Part shown: one piece after another, positions 13,640-28,600 of the stretch
How the letters are laid out: each line of letters begins with the position of its first letter
Position numbering within the stretch: position 1 is the stretch's first letter
Assembly (NCBI GenBank): GCA_964016885.1
Contig: OZ024758.1
Location: 38,130,001 to 38,194,000, forward strand
Direction: 5' to 3'
DNA from: Eledone cirrhosa
Lineage: Eukaryota
Length of the DNA: 64,000 nt
Made by a program: the position numbers and the translations under genes
The notes under the pieces: generated by a model
Databases searched by the model: none
Told to the model about the DNA's origin: nothing
Seen by the model: the letters and a program-made list of their open reading frames with translations, nothing else

Positions 13640-16600
13640 AAGTCATGGTACTAGCTGTCAGAAGTAACTCCAATGTTGGTGAGAATTCATTTAAGTTCAT
13701 GGTATTAGCTGTCAGAAGTAACTCCACTGTTGGTGAGAATTCATTTAAGTTCATGGTATTAGCTGTCAGAAGAAACTCCACTGTTGGTGAGAATTCATTT
13801 AAGTTCATGGTATTAGCTGTCAGAAGTAACTCCACTGTTGGTGAGAATTCATTTAGGTTCATGGTATTAGCTGTCAGAAGTAACTCCACTGTTGGTGAGA
13901 ATTCATTTAAGTTCATGGTATTAGCTGTCAGAAGTAACTCCACTGTTGGTGAGAATTCATTTAGGTTCATGGTATTAGCTGTCAGAAGTAACTCCACTGT
14001 TGGTGAGAATTCATTTAAGTTCATGGTATTAGCTGTCAGAAGTAACTCCACTGTTGGTGAGAGTTCATTTAAGTCATGGTATTAGCTGTCAGAAGTAACT
14101 CCAATGTTGGTGAGAATTCATTTAAGTTCATGGTATTAGCTGTCAGAAGTAACTCCACTGTTAGTGAGAATTCATTTAAGTTCATGGTATTAGCTGTCAG
14201 AAGTAACTCCACTGTTGGTGAGAATTCATTTAAGTTCATGGTACTAGCTGTCAGAAGTAACTCCACTGTTGGTGAGAATTCATTTAAGTTCATGGTATTA
14301 GTTTGTCAGAAGTAACTCCACTGTTGGTGAGAATTCATTTAAGTCATGGTATTAGTTGTCAGAAGTAACTCCAATGTTGGTGAGAATTCATTTAAGTTCA
14401 TGGTATTAGCTGTCAGAAGGAACTCCACTGTTGGTGAGAATTCATTTAAGTTCATGGTATTAGCTGTCAGAAGGAACTCCAATGTTGGTGAGAATTCATT
14501 TAAGTCATGGTACTAGCTGTCAGAAGTAACTCCACTGTTGGTGAGAATTCATTTAAGTTCATGGTATTAGCTGTCAGAAGGAACTCCAATGTTGGTGAGA
14601 ATTCATTTAAGTCATGGTACTAGCTGTCAGAAGTAACTCCACTGTTGGTGAGAATTCATTTAAGTTCATGGTATTAGTTTGTCAGAAGTAACTCCACTGT
14701 TGGTGAGAATTCATTTAAGTCATGGTATTAGTTGTCAGAAGTAACTCCAATGTTGGTCAGAATTCATTTAAGCCATGGTACTAGCTGTCAGAAGTAACTC
14801 CAATGTTGGTGAGAATTCATTTAATTTCATGGTATTAGCTGTCAGAACGAACTCCACTGTTGGTGAGAATTCATTTAAGTTCATGGTATTAGCTGTCAGA
14901 AGTAACTCCACTGTTGGTGAGAATTCATTTAAGTTCATGGTACTAGCTGTCAGAAGTAACTCCAATGTTGGTGAGAATTCATTTAAGTTCATGGTATTAG
15001 CTGTCAGAAGTAACTCCACTGTTGGTGAGAGTTCATTTAAGTCATGGTATAAGCTGTCAGAAGTAACTCCAATGTTGGTGAGAATTCATTTAAGTTCATG
15101 GTATTAGCTGTCAGAAGTAACGCCACAGTTGGTGAGAATTCATTTAAGTTCATGGTATTAGCTGTCAGAAGTAACTCCACTGTTGGTGAGAATTCATTTA
15201 AGTTCATGGTACTAGCTGTCAGAAGTAACTCCACTGTTGGTGAGAATTCATTTAAGTTCATGGTATTAGTTTGTCAGAAGTAACTCCACTGTTGGTGAGA
15301 ATTCATTTAAGTCATGGTATAAGCTGTCAGAAGTAACTCCAATGTTGGTGAGAATTCATTTAAGTTCATGGTATTAGCTGTCAGAAGTAACGCCACAGTT
15401 GGTGAGAATTCATTTAAGTTCATGGTATTAGCTGTCAGAAGTAACTCCACTGTTGGTGAGAATTCATTTAAGTTCATGGTACTAGCTGTCAGAAGTAACT
15501 CCACTGTTGGTGAGAATTCATTTAAGTTCATGGTATTAGTTTGTCAGAAGTAACTCCACTGTTGGTGAGAATTCATTTAAGTCATGGTATTAGTTGTCAG
15601 AAGTAACTCCAATGTTGGTGAGAATTCATTTAAGTTCATGGTATTAGCTGTCAGAAGGAACTCCACTGTTGGTGAGAATTCATTTAAGTTCATGGTATTA
15701 GCTGTCAGAAGGAACTCCAATGTTGGTGAGAATTCATTTAAGTCATGGTACTAGCTGTCAGAAGTAACTCCACTGTTGGTGAGAATTCATTTAAGTTCAT
15801 GGTATTAGCTGTCAGAAGTAACTCCACTGTTGGTGAGAATTCATTTAAGTTCATGGTATTAGCTGTCAGAAGTAACTCCACTGTTGGTGAGAATTCATTT
15901 AAGTTCATGGTATTAGCTGTCAGAAGTAACTCCACTGTTGGTGAGAATTCATTTAGGTTCATGGTATTAGCTGTCAGAAGTAACTCCACTGTTGGTGAGA
16001 ATTCATTTAAGTTCATGGTATTAGCTGTCAGAAGTAACTCCACTGTTGGTGAGAATTCATTTAGGTTCATGGTATTAGCTGTCAGAAGTAACTCCACTGT
16101 TGGTGAGAATTCATTTAAGTTCATGGTATTAGCTGTCAGAAGTAACTCCACTGTTGGTGAGAGTTCATTTAAGTCATGGTATTAGCTGTCAGAAGTAACT
16201 CCAATGTTGGTGAGAATTCATTTAAGTTCATGGTATTAGCTGTCAGAAGTAACTCCACTGTTAGTGAGAATTCATTTAAGTTCATGGTATTAGCTGTCAG
16301 AAGTAACTCCACTGTTGGTGAGAATTCATTTAAGTTCATGGTACTAGCTGTCAGAAGTAACTCCACTGTTGGTGAGAATTCATTTAAGTTCATGGTATTA
16401 GTTTGTCAGAAGTAACTCCACTGTTGGTGAGAATTCATTTAAGTCATGGTATTAGTTGTCAGAAGTAACTCCAATGTTGGTGAGAATTCATTTAAGTTCA
16501 TGGTATTAGCTGTCAGAAGGAACTCCACTGTTGGTGAGAATTCATTTAAGTTCATGGTATTAGCTGTCAGAAGGAACTCCAATGTTGGTGAGAATTCATT

Positions 16601-17420
16601 TAAGTCATGGTACTAGCTGTCAGAAGTAACTCCACTGTTGGTGAGAATTCATTTAAGTTCATGGTATTAGCTGTCAGAAGGAACTCCACTGTTGGTGAGA
16701 ATTCATTTAAGTTCATGGTACTAGCTGTCAGAAGTAACTCCACTGTTGGTGAGAATTCATTTAAGTTCATGGTATTAGTTTGTCAGAAGTAACTCCACTG
16801 TTGGTGAGAATTCATTTAAGTCATGGTATTAGTTGTCAGAAGTAACTCCAATGTTGGTGAGAATTCATTTAAGCCATGGTACTAGCTGTCAGAAGTAACT
16901 CCAATGTTGGTGAGAATTCATTTAATTTCATGGTATTAGCTGTCAGAACGAACTCCACTGTTGGTGAGAATTCATTTAAGTTCATGGTATTAGCTCTCAG
17001 AAGTAACTCCACTGTTGGTGAGAATTCATTTAAGTTCATGGTACTAGCTGTCAGAAGTAACTCCAATGTTGGTGAGAATTCATTTAAGTTCATGGTATTA
17101 GCTGTCAGAAGTAACTCCACTGTTGGTGAGAGTTCATTTAAGTCATGGTATAAGCTGTCAGAAGTAACTCCAATGTTGGTGAGAATTCATTTAAGTTCAT
17201 GGTATTAGCTGTCAGAAGTAACGCCACAGTTGGTGAGAATTCATTTAAGTTCATGGTATTAGCTGTCAGAAGTAACTCCACTGTTGGTGAGAATTCATTT
17301 AAGTTCATGGTACTAGCTGTCAGAAGTAACTCCACTGTTGGTGAGAATTCATTTAAGTTCATGGTATTAGTTTGTCAGAAGTAACTCCACTGTTGGTGAG
17401 AATTCATTTAAGTCATGGTA
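13640..17420. repeat. Imperfect ~2,100-bp (39-monomer) block repeat
   Basis: Pairs 13645/15745 and 14076/16176 are offset 2100; 14775/16876 and 15098/17199 are offset 2101. Both copies share the TTTAGG doublet and the GTTAGTGAG marker. Confidence 0.75.
15044..15583. repeat. 270-bp (5-monomer) tandem duplication, propagated to ~22365, ~29202 and ~34641
   Basis: The GGTATAAG...AACGCCACAG...AGTTTGTC pentamer occurs twice in a row: ORF pairs 15098/15368, 22419/22689, 29256/29526 and 34695/34965. Confidence 0.9.
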
Positions 17421-19642
17421 TTAGTTGTCAGAAGTAACTCCAATGTTGGTGAGAATTCATTTAAGTTCATGGTATTAGCTGTCAGAAGGAACTCCACTGT
17501 TGGTGAGAATTCATTTAAGTTCATGGTATTAGCTGTCAGAAGGAACTCCAATGTTGGTGAGAATTCATTTAAGTCATGGTACTAGCTGTCAGAAGTAACT
17601 CCACTGTTGGTGAGAATTCATTTAAGTTCATGGTATTAGCTGTCAGAAGGAACTCCACTGTTGGTGAGAATTCATTTAAGTTCATGGTACTAGCTGTCAG
17701 AAGTAACTCCACTGTTGGTGAGAATTCATTTAAGTTCATGGTATTAGTTTGTCAGAAGTAACTCCACTGTTGGTGAGAATTCATTTAAGTCATGGTATTA
17801 GTTGTCAGAAGTAACTCCAATGTTGGTGAGAATTCATTTAAGCCATGGTACTAGCTGTCAGAAGTAACTCCACTGTTGGTGAGAATTCATTTAAGTCATG
17901 GTATTAGCTGTCAGAAGTAACTCCAATGTTGGTGAGAATTCATTTAAGTTCATGGTACTAGCTGTCAGAAGTAACTCCAATGTTGGTGAGAATTCATTTA
18001 AGTTCATGGTACTAGCTGTCAGAAGTAACTCCACTGTTGGTGAGAATTCATTTAAGTTCATGGTATTAGCTGTCAGAAGTCACTCCAATGTTGGTGAGAA
18101 TTCATTTAAGTTCATGGTATTAGCTGTCAGAAGTCACTCCACTGTTGGTGAGAATTCATTTAAGTTCATGGTACTAGCTGTCAGAAGTAACCCCAATGTT
18201 GGTGAGAATTCATTTAAGTTCATGGTATTAGCTGTCAGAAGTCACTCCAATGTTGGTGAGAATTCATTTAAGTTCATGGTATTAGCTGTCAGAAGTAACT
18301 CCACTGTTGGTGAGAATTCATTTAAGTTCATGGTATTAGCTGTCAGAAGTAACTCCACTGTTGGTGAGAATTCATTTAAGTTCATGGTATTAGCTGTCAG
18401 AAGGATCTCTACTGTTGGTGACAATTCATTTAAGTTCATGGTACTAGCTGTCAGAAGTAACTCCACTGTTGGTGAGAATTCATTTAAGTTCATGGTATTA
18501 GTTTGTCAGAAGTAACTCCACTGTTGGTGAGAATTCATTTAAGTCATGGTATTAGTTGTCAGAAGTAACTCCAATGTTGGTGAGAATTCATTTAAGCCAT
18601 GGTACTAGCTGTCAGAAGTAACTCCAATGTAGGTGAGAATTCATTTAAGTTCATGGTATTAGCTGTCAGAACGAACTCCACTGTTGGTGAAAATTCATTT
18701 AAGTTCATGGTATTAGCTGTCGGAAGTAACTCCACTGTTGGTGAGAATTCATTTAAGTTCATGGTACTAGCTGTCAGAAGTAACTCCAATGTTGGTGAGA
18801 ATTCATTTAAGTTCATGGTATTAGCTGTCAGAAGTAACTCCACTGTTGGTGAGAGTTCATTTAAGTCATGGTATTAGCTGTCAGAAGTAACTCCAATGTT
18901 GGTGAGAATTCATTTAAGTTCATGGTATTAGCTGTCAGAAGTAACTCCACTGTTAGTGAGAATTCATTTAAGTTCATGGTATTAGCTGTCAGAAGTAACT
19001 CCACTGTTGGTGAGAATTCATTTAAGTTCATGGTACTAGCTGTCAGAAGTAACTCCACTGTTGGTGAGAATTCATTTAAGTTCATGGTATTAGTTTGTCA
19101 GAAGTAACTCCACTGTTGGTGAGAATTCATTTAAGTCATGGTATTAGTTGTCAGAAGTAACTCCAATGTTGGTGAGAATTCATTTAAGTTCATGGTATTA
19201 GCTGTCAGAAGGAACTCCACTGTTGGTGAGAATTCATTTAAGTTCATGGTATTAGCTGTCAGAAGGAACTCCAATGTTGGTGAGAATTCATTTAAGTCAT
19301 GGTACTAGCTGTCAGAAGTAACTCCACTGTTGGTGAGAATTCATTTAAGTTCATGGTATTAGCTGTCAGAAGGAACTCCACTGTTGGTGAGAATTCATTT
19401 AAGTTCATGGTACTAGCTGTCAGAAGTAACTCCACTGTTGGTGAGAATTCATTTAAGTTCATGGTATTAGTTTGTCAGAAGTAACTCCACTGTTGGTGAG
19501 AATTCATTTAAGTCATGGTATTAGTTGTCAGAAGTAACTCCAATGTTGGTGAGAATTCATTTAAGCCATGGTACTAGCTGTCAGAAGTAACTCCAATGTT
19601 GGTGAGAATTCATTTAATTTCATGGTATTAGCTGTCAGAACG

Positions 19643-22600
19643 AACTCCACTGTTGGTGAGAATTCATTTAAGTTCATGGTATTAGCTGTCAGAAGTAACT
19701 CCACTGTTGGTGAGAATTCATTTAAGTTCATGGTACTAGCTGTCAGAAGTAACTCCAATGTTGGTGAGAATTCATTTAAGTTCATGGTATTAGCTGTCAG
19801 AAGTAACTCCACTGTTGGTGAGAGTTCATTTAAGTCATGGTATTAGCTGTCAGAAGTAACTCCAATGTTGGTGAGAATTCATTTAAGTTCATGGTATTAG
19901 CTGTCAGAAGTAACGCCACAGTTGGTGAGAATTCATTTAAGTTCATGGTATTAGCTGTCAGAAGTAACTCCACTGTTGGTGAGAATTCATTTAAGTTCAT
20001 GGTACTAGCTGTCAGAAGTAACTCCACTGTTGGTGAGAATTCATTTAAGTTCATGGTATTAGTTTGTCAGAAGTAACTCCACTGTTGGTGAGAATTCATT
20101 TAAGTCATGGTATTAGTTGTCAGAAGTAACTCCAATGTTGGTGAGAATTCATTTAAGTTCATGGTATTAGCTGTCAGAAGGAACTCCACTGTTGGTGAGA
20201 ATTCATTTAAGTTCATGGTATTAGCTGTCAGAAGGAACTCCAATGTTGGTGAGAATTCATTTAAGTCATGGTACTAGCTGTCAGAAGTAACTCCACTGTT
20301 GGTGAGAATTCATTTAAGTTCATGGTATTAGCTGTCAGAAGGAACTCCACTGTTGGTGAGAATTCATTTAAGTTCATGGTACTAGCTGTCAGAAGTAACT
20401 CCACTGTTGGTGAGAATTCATTTAAGTCATGGTATTAGTTGTCAGAAGTAACTCCAATGTTGGTGAGAATTCATTTAAGCCATGGTACTAGCTGTCAGAA
20501 GTAACTCCAATGTTGGTGAGAATTCATTTAATTTCATGGTATTAGCTGTCAGAACGAACTCCACTGTTGGTGAGAATTCATTTAAGTTCATGGTATTAGC
20601 TGTCAGAAGTAACTCCACTGTTGGTGAGAATTCATTTAAGTTCATGGTACTAGCTGTCAGAAGTAACTCCAATGTTGGTGAGAATTCATTTAAGTTCATG
20701 GTATTAGCTGTCAGAAGGAACTCTACTGTTGCTGAGAATTCATTTAAGTTCATGGTATTAGCTGTCAGAAGTAACTCCACTGTTGGTGAGAATTCATTTA
20801 AGTTCATGGTACTAGCTGTCAGAAGTAACTCCAATGTTGGTGAGAATTCATTTAAGTTCATGGTATTAGCTGTCAGAAGTAACTCCACTGTTGGTGAGAA
20901 TTCATTTAAGTCATGGTATTAGCTGTCAGAAGTAACTCCAATGTTGGTGAGAATTCATTTAAGTCATGGTACTAGCTGTCAGAAGTAACTCCAATGTTGG
21001 TGAGAATTCATTTAAGTTCATGGTATTAGCTGTCAGAAGTAACTCCACTGTTGGTGAGAATTCATTTAAGTTCATGGTATTAGCTGTCAGAAGAAACTCC
21101 ACTGTTGGTGAGAATTCATTTAAGTTCATGGTATTAGCTGTCAGAAGTAACTCCACTGTTGGTGAGAATTCATTTAGGTTCATGGTATTAGCTGTCAGAA
21201 GTAACTCCACTGTTGGTGAGAATTCATTTAAGTTCATGGTATTAGCTGTCAGAAGTAACTCCACTGTTGGTGAGAATTCATTTAGGTTCATGGTATTAGC
21301 TGTCAGAAGTAACTCCACTGTTGGTGAGAATTCATTTAAGTTCATGGTATTAGCTGTCAGAAGTAACTCCACTGTTGGTGAGAGTTCATTTAAGTCATGG
21401 TATTAGCTGTCAGAAGTAACTCCAATGTTGGTGAGAATTCATTTAAGTTCATGGTATTAGCTGTCAGAAGTAACTCCACTGTTAGTGAGAATTCATTTAA
21501 GTTCATGGTATTAGCTGTCAGAAGTAACTCCACTGTTGGTGAGAATTCATTTAAGTTCATGGTACTAGCTGTCAGAAGTAACTCCACTGTTGGTGAGAAT
21601 TCATTTAAGTTCATGGTATTAGTTTGTCAGAAGTAACTCCACTGTTGGTGAGAATTCATTTAAGTCATGGTATTAGTTGTCAGAAGTAACTCCAATGTTG
21701 GTGAGAATTCATTTAAGTTCATGGTATTAGCTGTCAGAAGGAACTCCACTGTTGGTGAGAATTCATTTAAGTTCATGGTATTAGCTGTCAGAAGGAACTC
21801 CAATGTTGGTGAGAATTCATTTAAGTCATGGTACTAGCTGTCAGAAGTAACTCCACTGTTGGTGAGAATTCATTTAAGTTCATGGTATTAGCTGTCAGAA
21901 GGAACTCCAATGTTGGTGAGAATTCATTTAAGTCATGGTACTAGCTGTCAGAAGTAACTCCACTGTTGGTGAGAATTCATTTAAGTTCATGGTATTAGTT
22001 TGTCAGAAGTAACTCCACTGTTGGTGAGAATTCATTTAAGTCATGGTATTAGTTGTCAGAAGTAACTCCAATGTTGGTGAGAATCCATTTAAGCCATGGT
22101 ACTAGCTGTCAGAAGTAACTCCAATGTTGGTGAGAATTCATTTAATTTCATGGTATTAGCTGTCAGAACGAACTCCACTGTTGGTGAGAATTCATTTAAG
22201 TTCATGGTATTAGCTGTCAGAAGTAACTCCACTGTTGGTGAGAATTCATTTAAGTTCATGGTACTAGCTGTCAGAAGTAACTCCAATGTTGGTGAGAATT
22301 CATTTAAGTTCATGGTATTAGCTGTCAGAAGTAACTCCACTGTTGGTGAGAGTTCATTTAAGTCATGGTATAAGCTGTCAGAAGTAACTCCAATGTTGGT
22401 GAGAATTCATTTAAGTTCATGGTATTAGCTGTCAGAAGTAACGCCACAGTTGGTGAGAATTCATTTAAGTTCATGGTATTAGCTGTCAGAAGTAACTCCA
22501 CTGTTGGTGAGAATTCATTTAAGTTCATGGTACTAGCTGTCAGAAGTAACTCCACTGTTGGTGAGAATTCATTTAAGTTCATGGTATTAGTTTGTCAGAA

Positions 22601-25600
22601 GTAACTCCACTGTTGGTGAGAATTCATTTAAGTCATGGTATAAGCTGTCAGAAGTAACTCCAATGTTGGTGAGAATTCATTTAAGTTCATGGTATTAGCT
22701 GTCAGAAGTAACGCCACAGTTGGTGAGAATTCATTTAAGTTCATGGTATTAGCTGTCAGAAGTAACTCCACTGTTGGTGAGAATTCATTTAAGTTCATGG
22801 TACTAGCTGTCAGAAGTAACTCCACTGTTGGTGAGAATTCATTTAAGTTCATGGTATTAGTTTGTCAGAAGTAACTCCACTGTTGGTGAGAATTCATTTA
22901 AGTCATGGTATTAGTTGTCAGAAGTAACTCCAATGTTGGTGAGAATTCATTTAAGTTCATGGTATTAGCTGTCAGAAGGAACTCCACTGTTGGTGAGAAT
23001 TCATTTAAGTTCATGGTATTAGCTGTCAGAAGGAACTCCAATGTTGGTGAGAATTCATTTAAGTCATGGTACTAGCTGTCAGAAGTAACTCCACTGTTGG
23101 TGAGAATTCATTTAAGTTCATGGTATTAGCTGTCAGAAGGAACTCCACTGTTGGTGAGAATTCATTTAAGTTCATGGTACTAGCTGTCAGAAGTAACTCC
23201 ACTGTTGGTGAGAATTCATTTAAGTTCATGGTATTAGTTTGTCAGAAGTAACTCCACTGTTGGTGAGAATTCATTTAAGTCATGGTATTAGTTGTCAGAA
23301 GTAACTCCAATGTTGGTGAGAATTCATTTAAGCCATGGTACTAGCTGTCAGAAGTAACTCCAATGTTGGTGAGAATTCATTTAATTTCATGGTATTAGCT
23401 GTCAGAACGAACTCCACTGTTGGTGAGAATTCATTTAAGTTCATGGTATTAGCTGTCAGAAGTAACTCCACTGTTGGTGAGAATTCATTTAAGTTCATGG
23501 TACTAGCTGTCAGAAGTAACTCCAATGTTGGTGAGAATTCATTTAAGTTCATGGTATTAGCTGTCAGAAGGAACTCTACTGTTGCTGAGAATTCATTTAA
23601 GTTCATGGTATTAGCTGTCAGAAGTAACTCCACTGTTGGTGAGAATTCATTTAAGTTCATGGTACTAGCTGTCAGAAGTAACTCCAATGTTGGTGAGAAT
23701 TCATTTAAGTTCATGGTATTAGCTGTCAGAAGTAACTCCACTGTTGGTGAGAATTCATTTAAGTCATGGTATTAGCTGTCAGAAGTAACTCCAATGTTGG
23801 TGAGAATTCATTTAAGTCATGGTACTAGCTGTCAGAAGTAACTCCAATGTTGGTGAGAATTCATTTAAGTTCATGGTATTAGCTGTCAGAAGTAACTCCA
23901 CTGTTGGTGAGAATTCATTTAAGTTCATGGTATTAGCTGTCAGAAGTAACTCCACTGTTGGTGAGAATTCATTTAAGTTCATGGTATTAGCTGTCAGAAG
24001 TAACTCCACTGTTGGTGAGAATTCATTTAGGTTCATGGTATTAGCTGTCAGAAGTAACTCCACTGTTGGTGAGAATTCATTTAAGTTCATGGTATTAGCT
24101 GTCAGAAGGAACTCCAATGTTGGTGAGAATTCATTTACGTCATGGTACTAGCTGTCAGAAGTAACTCCACTGTTGGTGAGAATTCATTTAAGTTCATGGT
24201 ATTAGCTGTCAGAAGGAACGCCACTGTTGGTGAGAATTCATTTAAGTTCATGGTACTAGCTGTCAGAAGTAACTCCAATGTTGGTGAGAATTCATTTAAG
24301 TTCATGGTATTAGCTGTCAGAAGGAACTCCACTGTTGCTGAGAATTCATTTAAGTTCATGGTATTAGCTGTCAGAAGGAACTCCACTGTTGCTGAGAATT
24401 CATTTAAGTTCATGGTACTAGCTGTCAGAAGTAACTCCACTGTTGGTGAGAATTCATTTAAGTTCATGGTATTAGCTGTCAGAAGTCACTCCAATGTTGG
24501 TGAGAATTCATTTAGGTTCATGGTATTAGCTGTCAGAAGTCACTCCACTGTTGGTGAGAATTCATTTAAGTTCATGGTACTAGCTGTCAGAAGTAACCCC
24601 AATGTTGGTGAGAATTCATTTAAGTTCATGGTATTAGCTGTCAGAAGTCACTCCAATGTTGGTGAGAATTCATTTAAGTTCATGGTATTAGCTGTCAGAA
24701 GTAACTCCACTGTTGGTGAGAATTCATTTATGTTCATGGTATTAGTTTGTCAGAAGTAACTCCACTGTTGGTGACAATTCAATTAAGTTCATGGTACTAG
24801 CTGTCAGAAGTAACTCCACTGTTGGTGAGAATTCATTTAAGTTCATGGTATTAGCTGTCAGAAGTCACTCCAATGTTGGTGAGAATACATTTAAGTTCAT
24901 GGTATTAGCTGTCAGAAGGAACTCCACTGTTGGTGAGAATTCATTTAAGTTCATGGTATTAGCTGTCAGAAGGAACTCCAATGTTGGTGAGAATTCATTT
25001 AAGTCATGGTACTAGCTGTCAGAAGTAACTCCACTGTTGGTGAGAATTCATTTAAGTTCATGGTATTAGCTGTCAGAAGGAACTCCACTGTTGGTGAGAA
25101 TTCATTTAAGTTCATGGTACTAGCTGTCAGAAGTAACTCCACTGTTGGTGAGAATTCATTTAAGTTCATGGTATTAGTTTGTCAGAAGTAACTCCACTGT
25201 TGGTGAGAATTCATTTAAGTCATGGTATTAGTTGTCAGAAGTAACTCCAATATTGGTGAGAATTCATTTAAGCCATGGTACTAGCTGTCAGAAGTAACTC
25301 CAATGTTGGTGAGAATTCATTTAATTTCATGGTATTAGCTGTCAGAACGAACTCCACTGTTGGTGAGAATTCATTTAAGTTCATGGTATTAGCTGTCAGA
25401 AGTAACTCCACTGTTGGTGAGAATTCATTTAAGTTCATGGTACTAGCTGTCAGAAGTAACTCCAATGTTGGTGAGAATTCATTTAAGTTCATGGTATTAG
25501 CTGTCAGAAGTAACTCCACTGTTGGTGAGAGTTCATTTAAGTCATGGTATTAGCTGTCAGAAGTAACTCCAATGTTGGTGAGAATTCATTTAAGTTCATG

Positions 25601-28600
25601 GTATTAGCTGTCAGAAGTAACGCCACAGTTGGTGAGAATTCATTTAAGTTCATGGTATTAGCTGTCAGAAGTAACTCCACTGTTGGTTAGAATTCATTTA
25701 AGTTCATGGTACTAGCTGTCAGAAGTAACTCCACTGTTGGTGAGAATTCATTTAAGTTCATGGTATTAGTTTGTCAGAAGTAACTCCACTGTTGGTGAGA
25801 ATTCATTTAAGTCATGGTATTAGTTGTCAGAAGTAACTCCAATGTTGGTGAGAATTCATTTAAGTTCATGGTATTAGCTGTCAGAAGGAACTCCACTGTT
25901 GGTGAGATTTCATTTAAGTTCATGGTATTAGCTGTCAGAAGGAACTCCAATGTTGGTGAGAATTCATTTAAGTCATGGTACTAGCTGTCAGAAGTAACTC
26001 CACTGTTGGTGAGAATTCATTTAAGTTCATGGTATTAGCTGTCAGAAGGAACTCCACTGTTGGTGAGAATTCATTTAAGTTCATGGTACTAGCTGTCAGA
26101 AGTAACTCCACTGTTGGTGAGAATTCATTTAAGTCATGGTATTAGTTGTCAGAAGTAACTCCAATGTTGGTGAGAATTCATTTAAGCCATGGTACTAGCT
26201 GTCAGAAGTAACTCCAATGTTGGTGAGAATTCATTTAATTTCATGGTATTAGCTGTCAGAACGAACTCCACTGTTGGTGAGAATTCATTTAAGTTCATGG
26301 TATTAGCTGTCAGAAGTAACTCCACTGTTGGTGAGAATTCATTTAAGTTCATGGTACTAGCTGTCAGAAGTAACTCCAATGTTGGTGAGAATTCATTTAA
26401 GTTCATGGTATTAGCTGTCAGAAGGAACTCTACTGTTGCTGAGAATTCATTTAAGTTCATGGTATTAGCTGTCAGAAGTAACTCCACTGTTGGTGAGAAT
26501 TCATTTAAGTTCATGGTATTAGCTGTCAGAAGTAACTCCACTGTTGGTGAGAATTCATTTAAGTTCATGGTACTAGCTGTCAGAAGTAACTCCAATGTTG
26601 GTGAGAATTCATTTAAGTTCATGGTATTAGCTGTCAGAAGTAACTCCACTGTTGGTGAGAGTTCATTTAAGTCATGGTATTAGCTGTCAGAAGTAACTCC
26701 AATGTTGGTGAGAATTCATTTAAGTTCATGGTATTAGCTGTCAGAAGTAACGCCACAGTTGGTGAGAATTCATTTAAGTTCATGGTATTAGCTGTCAGAA
26801 GTAACTCCACTGTTGGTGAGAATTCATTTAAGTTCATGGTACTAGCTGTCAGAAGTAACTCCACTGTTGGTGAGAATTCATTTAAGTTCATGGTATTAGT
26901 TTGTCAGAAGTAACTCCACTGTTGGTGAGAATTCATTTAAGTCATGGTATTAGTTGTCAGAAGTAACTCCAATGTTGGTGAGAATTCATTTAAGTTCATG
27001 GTATTAGCTGTCAGAAGGAACTCCACTGTTGGTGAGAATTCATTTAAGTTCATGGTATTAGCTGTCAGAAGGAACTCCAATGTTGGTGAGAATTCATTTA
27101 AGTCATGGTACTAGCTGTCAGAAGTAACTCCACTGTTGGTGAGAATTCATTTAAGTTCATGGTATTAGCTGTCAGAAGGAACTCCACTGTTGGTGAGAAT
27201 TCATTTAAGTTCATGGTACTAGCTGTCAGAAGTAACTCCACTGTTGGTGAGAATTCATTTAAGTCATGGTATTAGTTGTCAGAAGTAACTCCAATGTTGG
27301 TGAGAATTCATTTAAGCCATGGTACTAGCTGTCAGAAGTAACTCCAATGTTGGTGAGAATTCATTTAATTTCATGGTATTAGCTGTCAGAACGAACTCCA
27401 CTGTTGGTGAGAATTCATTTAAGTTCATGGTATTAGCTGTCAGAAGTAACTCCACTGTTGGTGAGAATTCATTTAAGTTCATGGTACTAGCTGTCAGAAG
27501 TAACTCCAATGTTGGTGAGAATTCATTTAAGTTCATGGTATTAGCTGTCAGAAGGAACTCTACTGTTGCTGAGAATTCATTTAAGTTCATGGTATTAGCT
27601 GTCAGAAGTAACTCCACTGTTGGTGAGAATTCATTTAAGTTCATGGTACTAGCTGTCAGAAGTAACTCCAATGTTGGTGAGAATTCATTTAAGTTCATGG
27701 TATTAGCTGTCAGAAGTAACTCCACTGTTGGTGAGAATTCATTTAAGTCATGGTATTAGCTGTCAGAAGTAACTCCAATGTTGGTGAGAATTCATTTAAG
27801 TCATGGTACTAGCTGTCAGAAGTAACTCCAATGTTGGTGAGAATTCATTTAAGTTCATGGTATTAGCTGTCAGAAGTAACTCCACTGTTGGTGAGAATTC
27901 ATTTAAGTTCATGGTATTAGCTGTCAGAAGAAACTCCACTGTTGGTGAGAATTCATTTAAGTTCATGGTATTAGCTGTCAGAAGTAACTCCACTGTTGGT
28001 GAGAATTCATTTAGGTTCATGGTATTAGCTGTCAGAAGTAACTCCACTGTTGGTGAGAATTCATTTAAGTTCATGGTATTAGCTGTCAGAAGTAACTCCA
28101 CTGTTGGTGAGAATTCATTTAGGTTCATGGTATTAGCTGTCAGAAGTAACTCCACTGTTGGTGAGAATTCATTTAAGTTCATGGTATTAGCTGTCAGAAG
28201 TAACTCCACTGTTGGTGAGAGTTCATTTAAGTCATGGTATTAGCTGTCAGAAGTAACTCCAATGTTGGTGAGAATTCATTTAAGTTCATGGTATTAGCTG
28301 TCAGAAGTAACTCCACTGTTAGTGAGAATTCATTTAAGTTCATGGTATTAGCTGTCAGAAGTAACTCCACTGTTGGTGAGAATTCATTTAAGTTCATGGT
28401 ACTAGCTGTCAGAAGTAACTCCACTGTTGGTGAGAATTCATTTAAGTTCATGGTATTAGTTTGTCAGAAGTAACTCCACTGTTGGTGAGAATTCATTTAA
28501 GTCATGGTATTAGTTGTCAGAAGTAACTCCAATGTTGGTGAGAATTCATTTAAGTTCATGGTATTAGCTGTCAGAAGGAACTCCACTGTTGGTGAGAATT

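Larger units (their letters stand above)
9980..23100. repeat. Block duplication, offset 7,159 bp rising to 7,321 bp after a 3-monomer indel (~10.0-15.8 kb repeated at ~17.1-23.1 kb)
   Basis: ORF-start pairs 10040/17199, 10739/17898, 11709/18868, 12409/19568 and 13323/20482 are offset 7159. Pairs 13645/20966, 14775/22096 and 15368/22689 are offset 7321 (7159 + 162). Confidence 0.85.
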
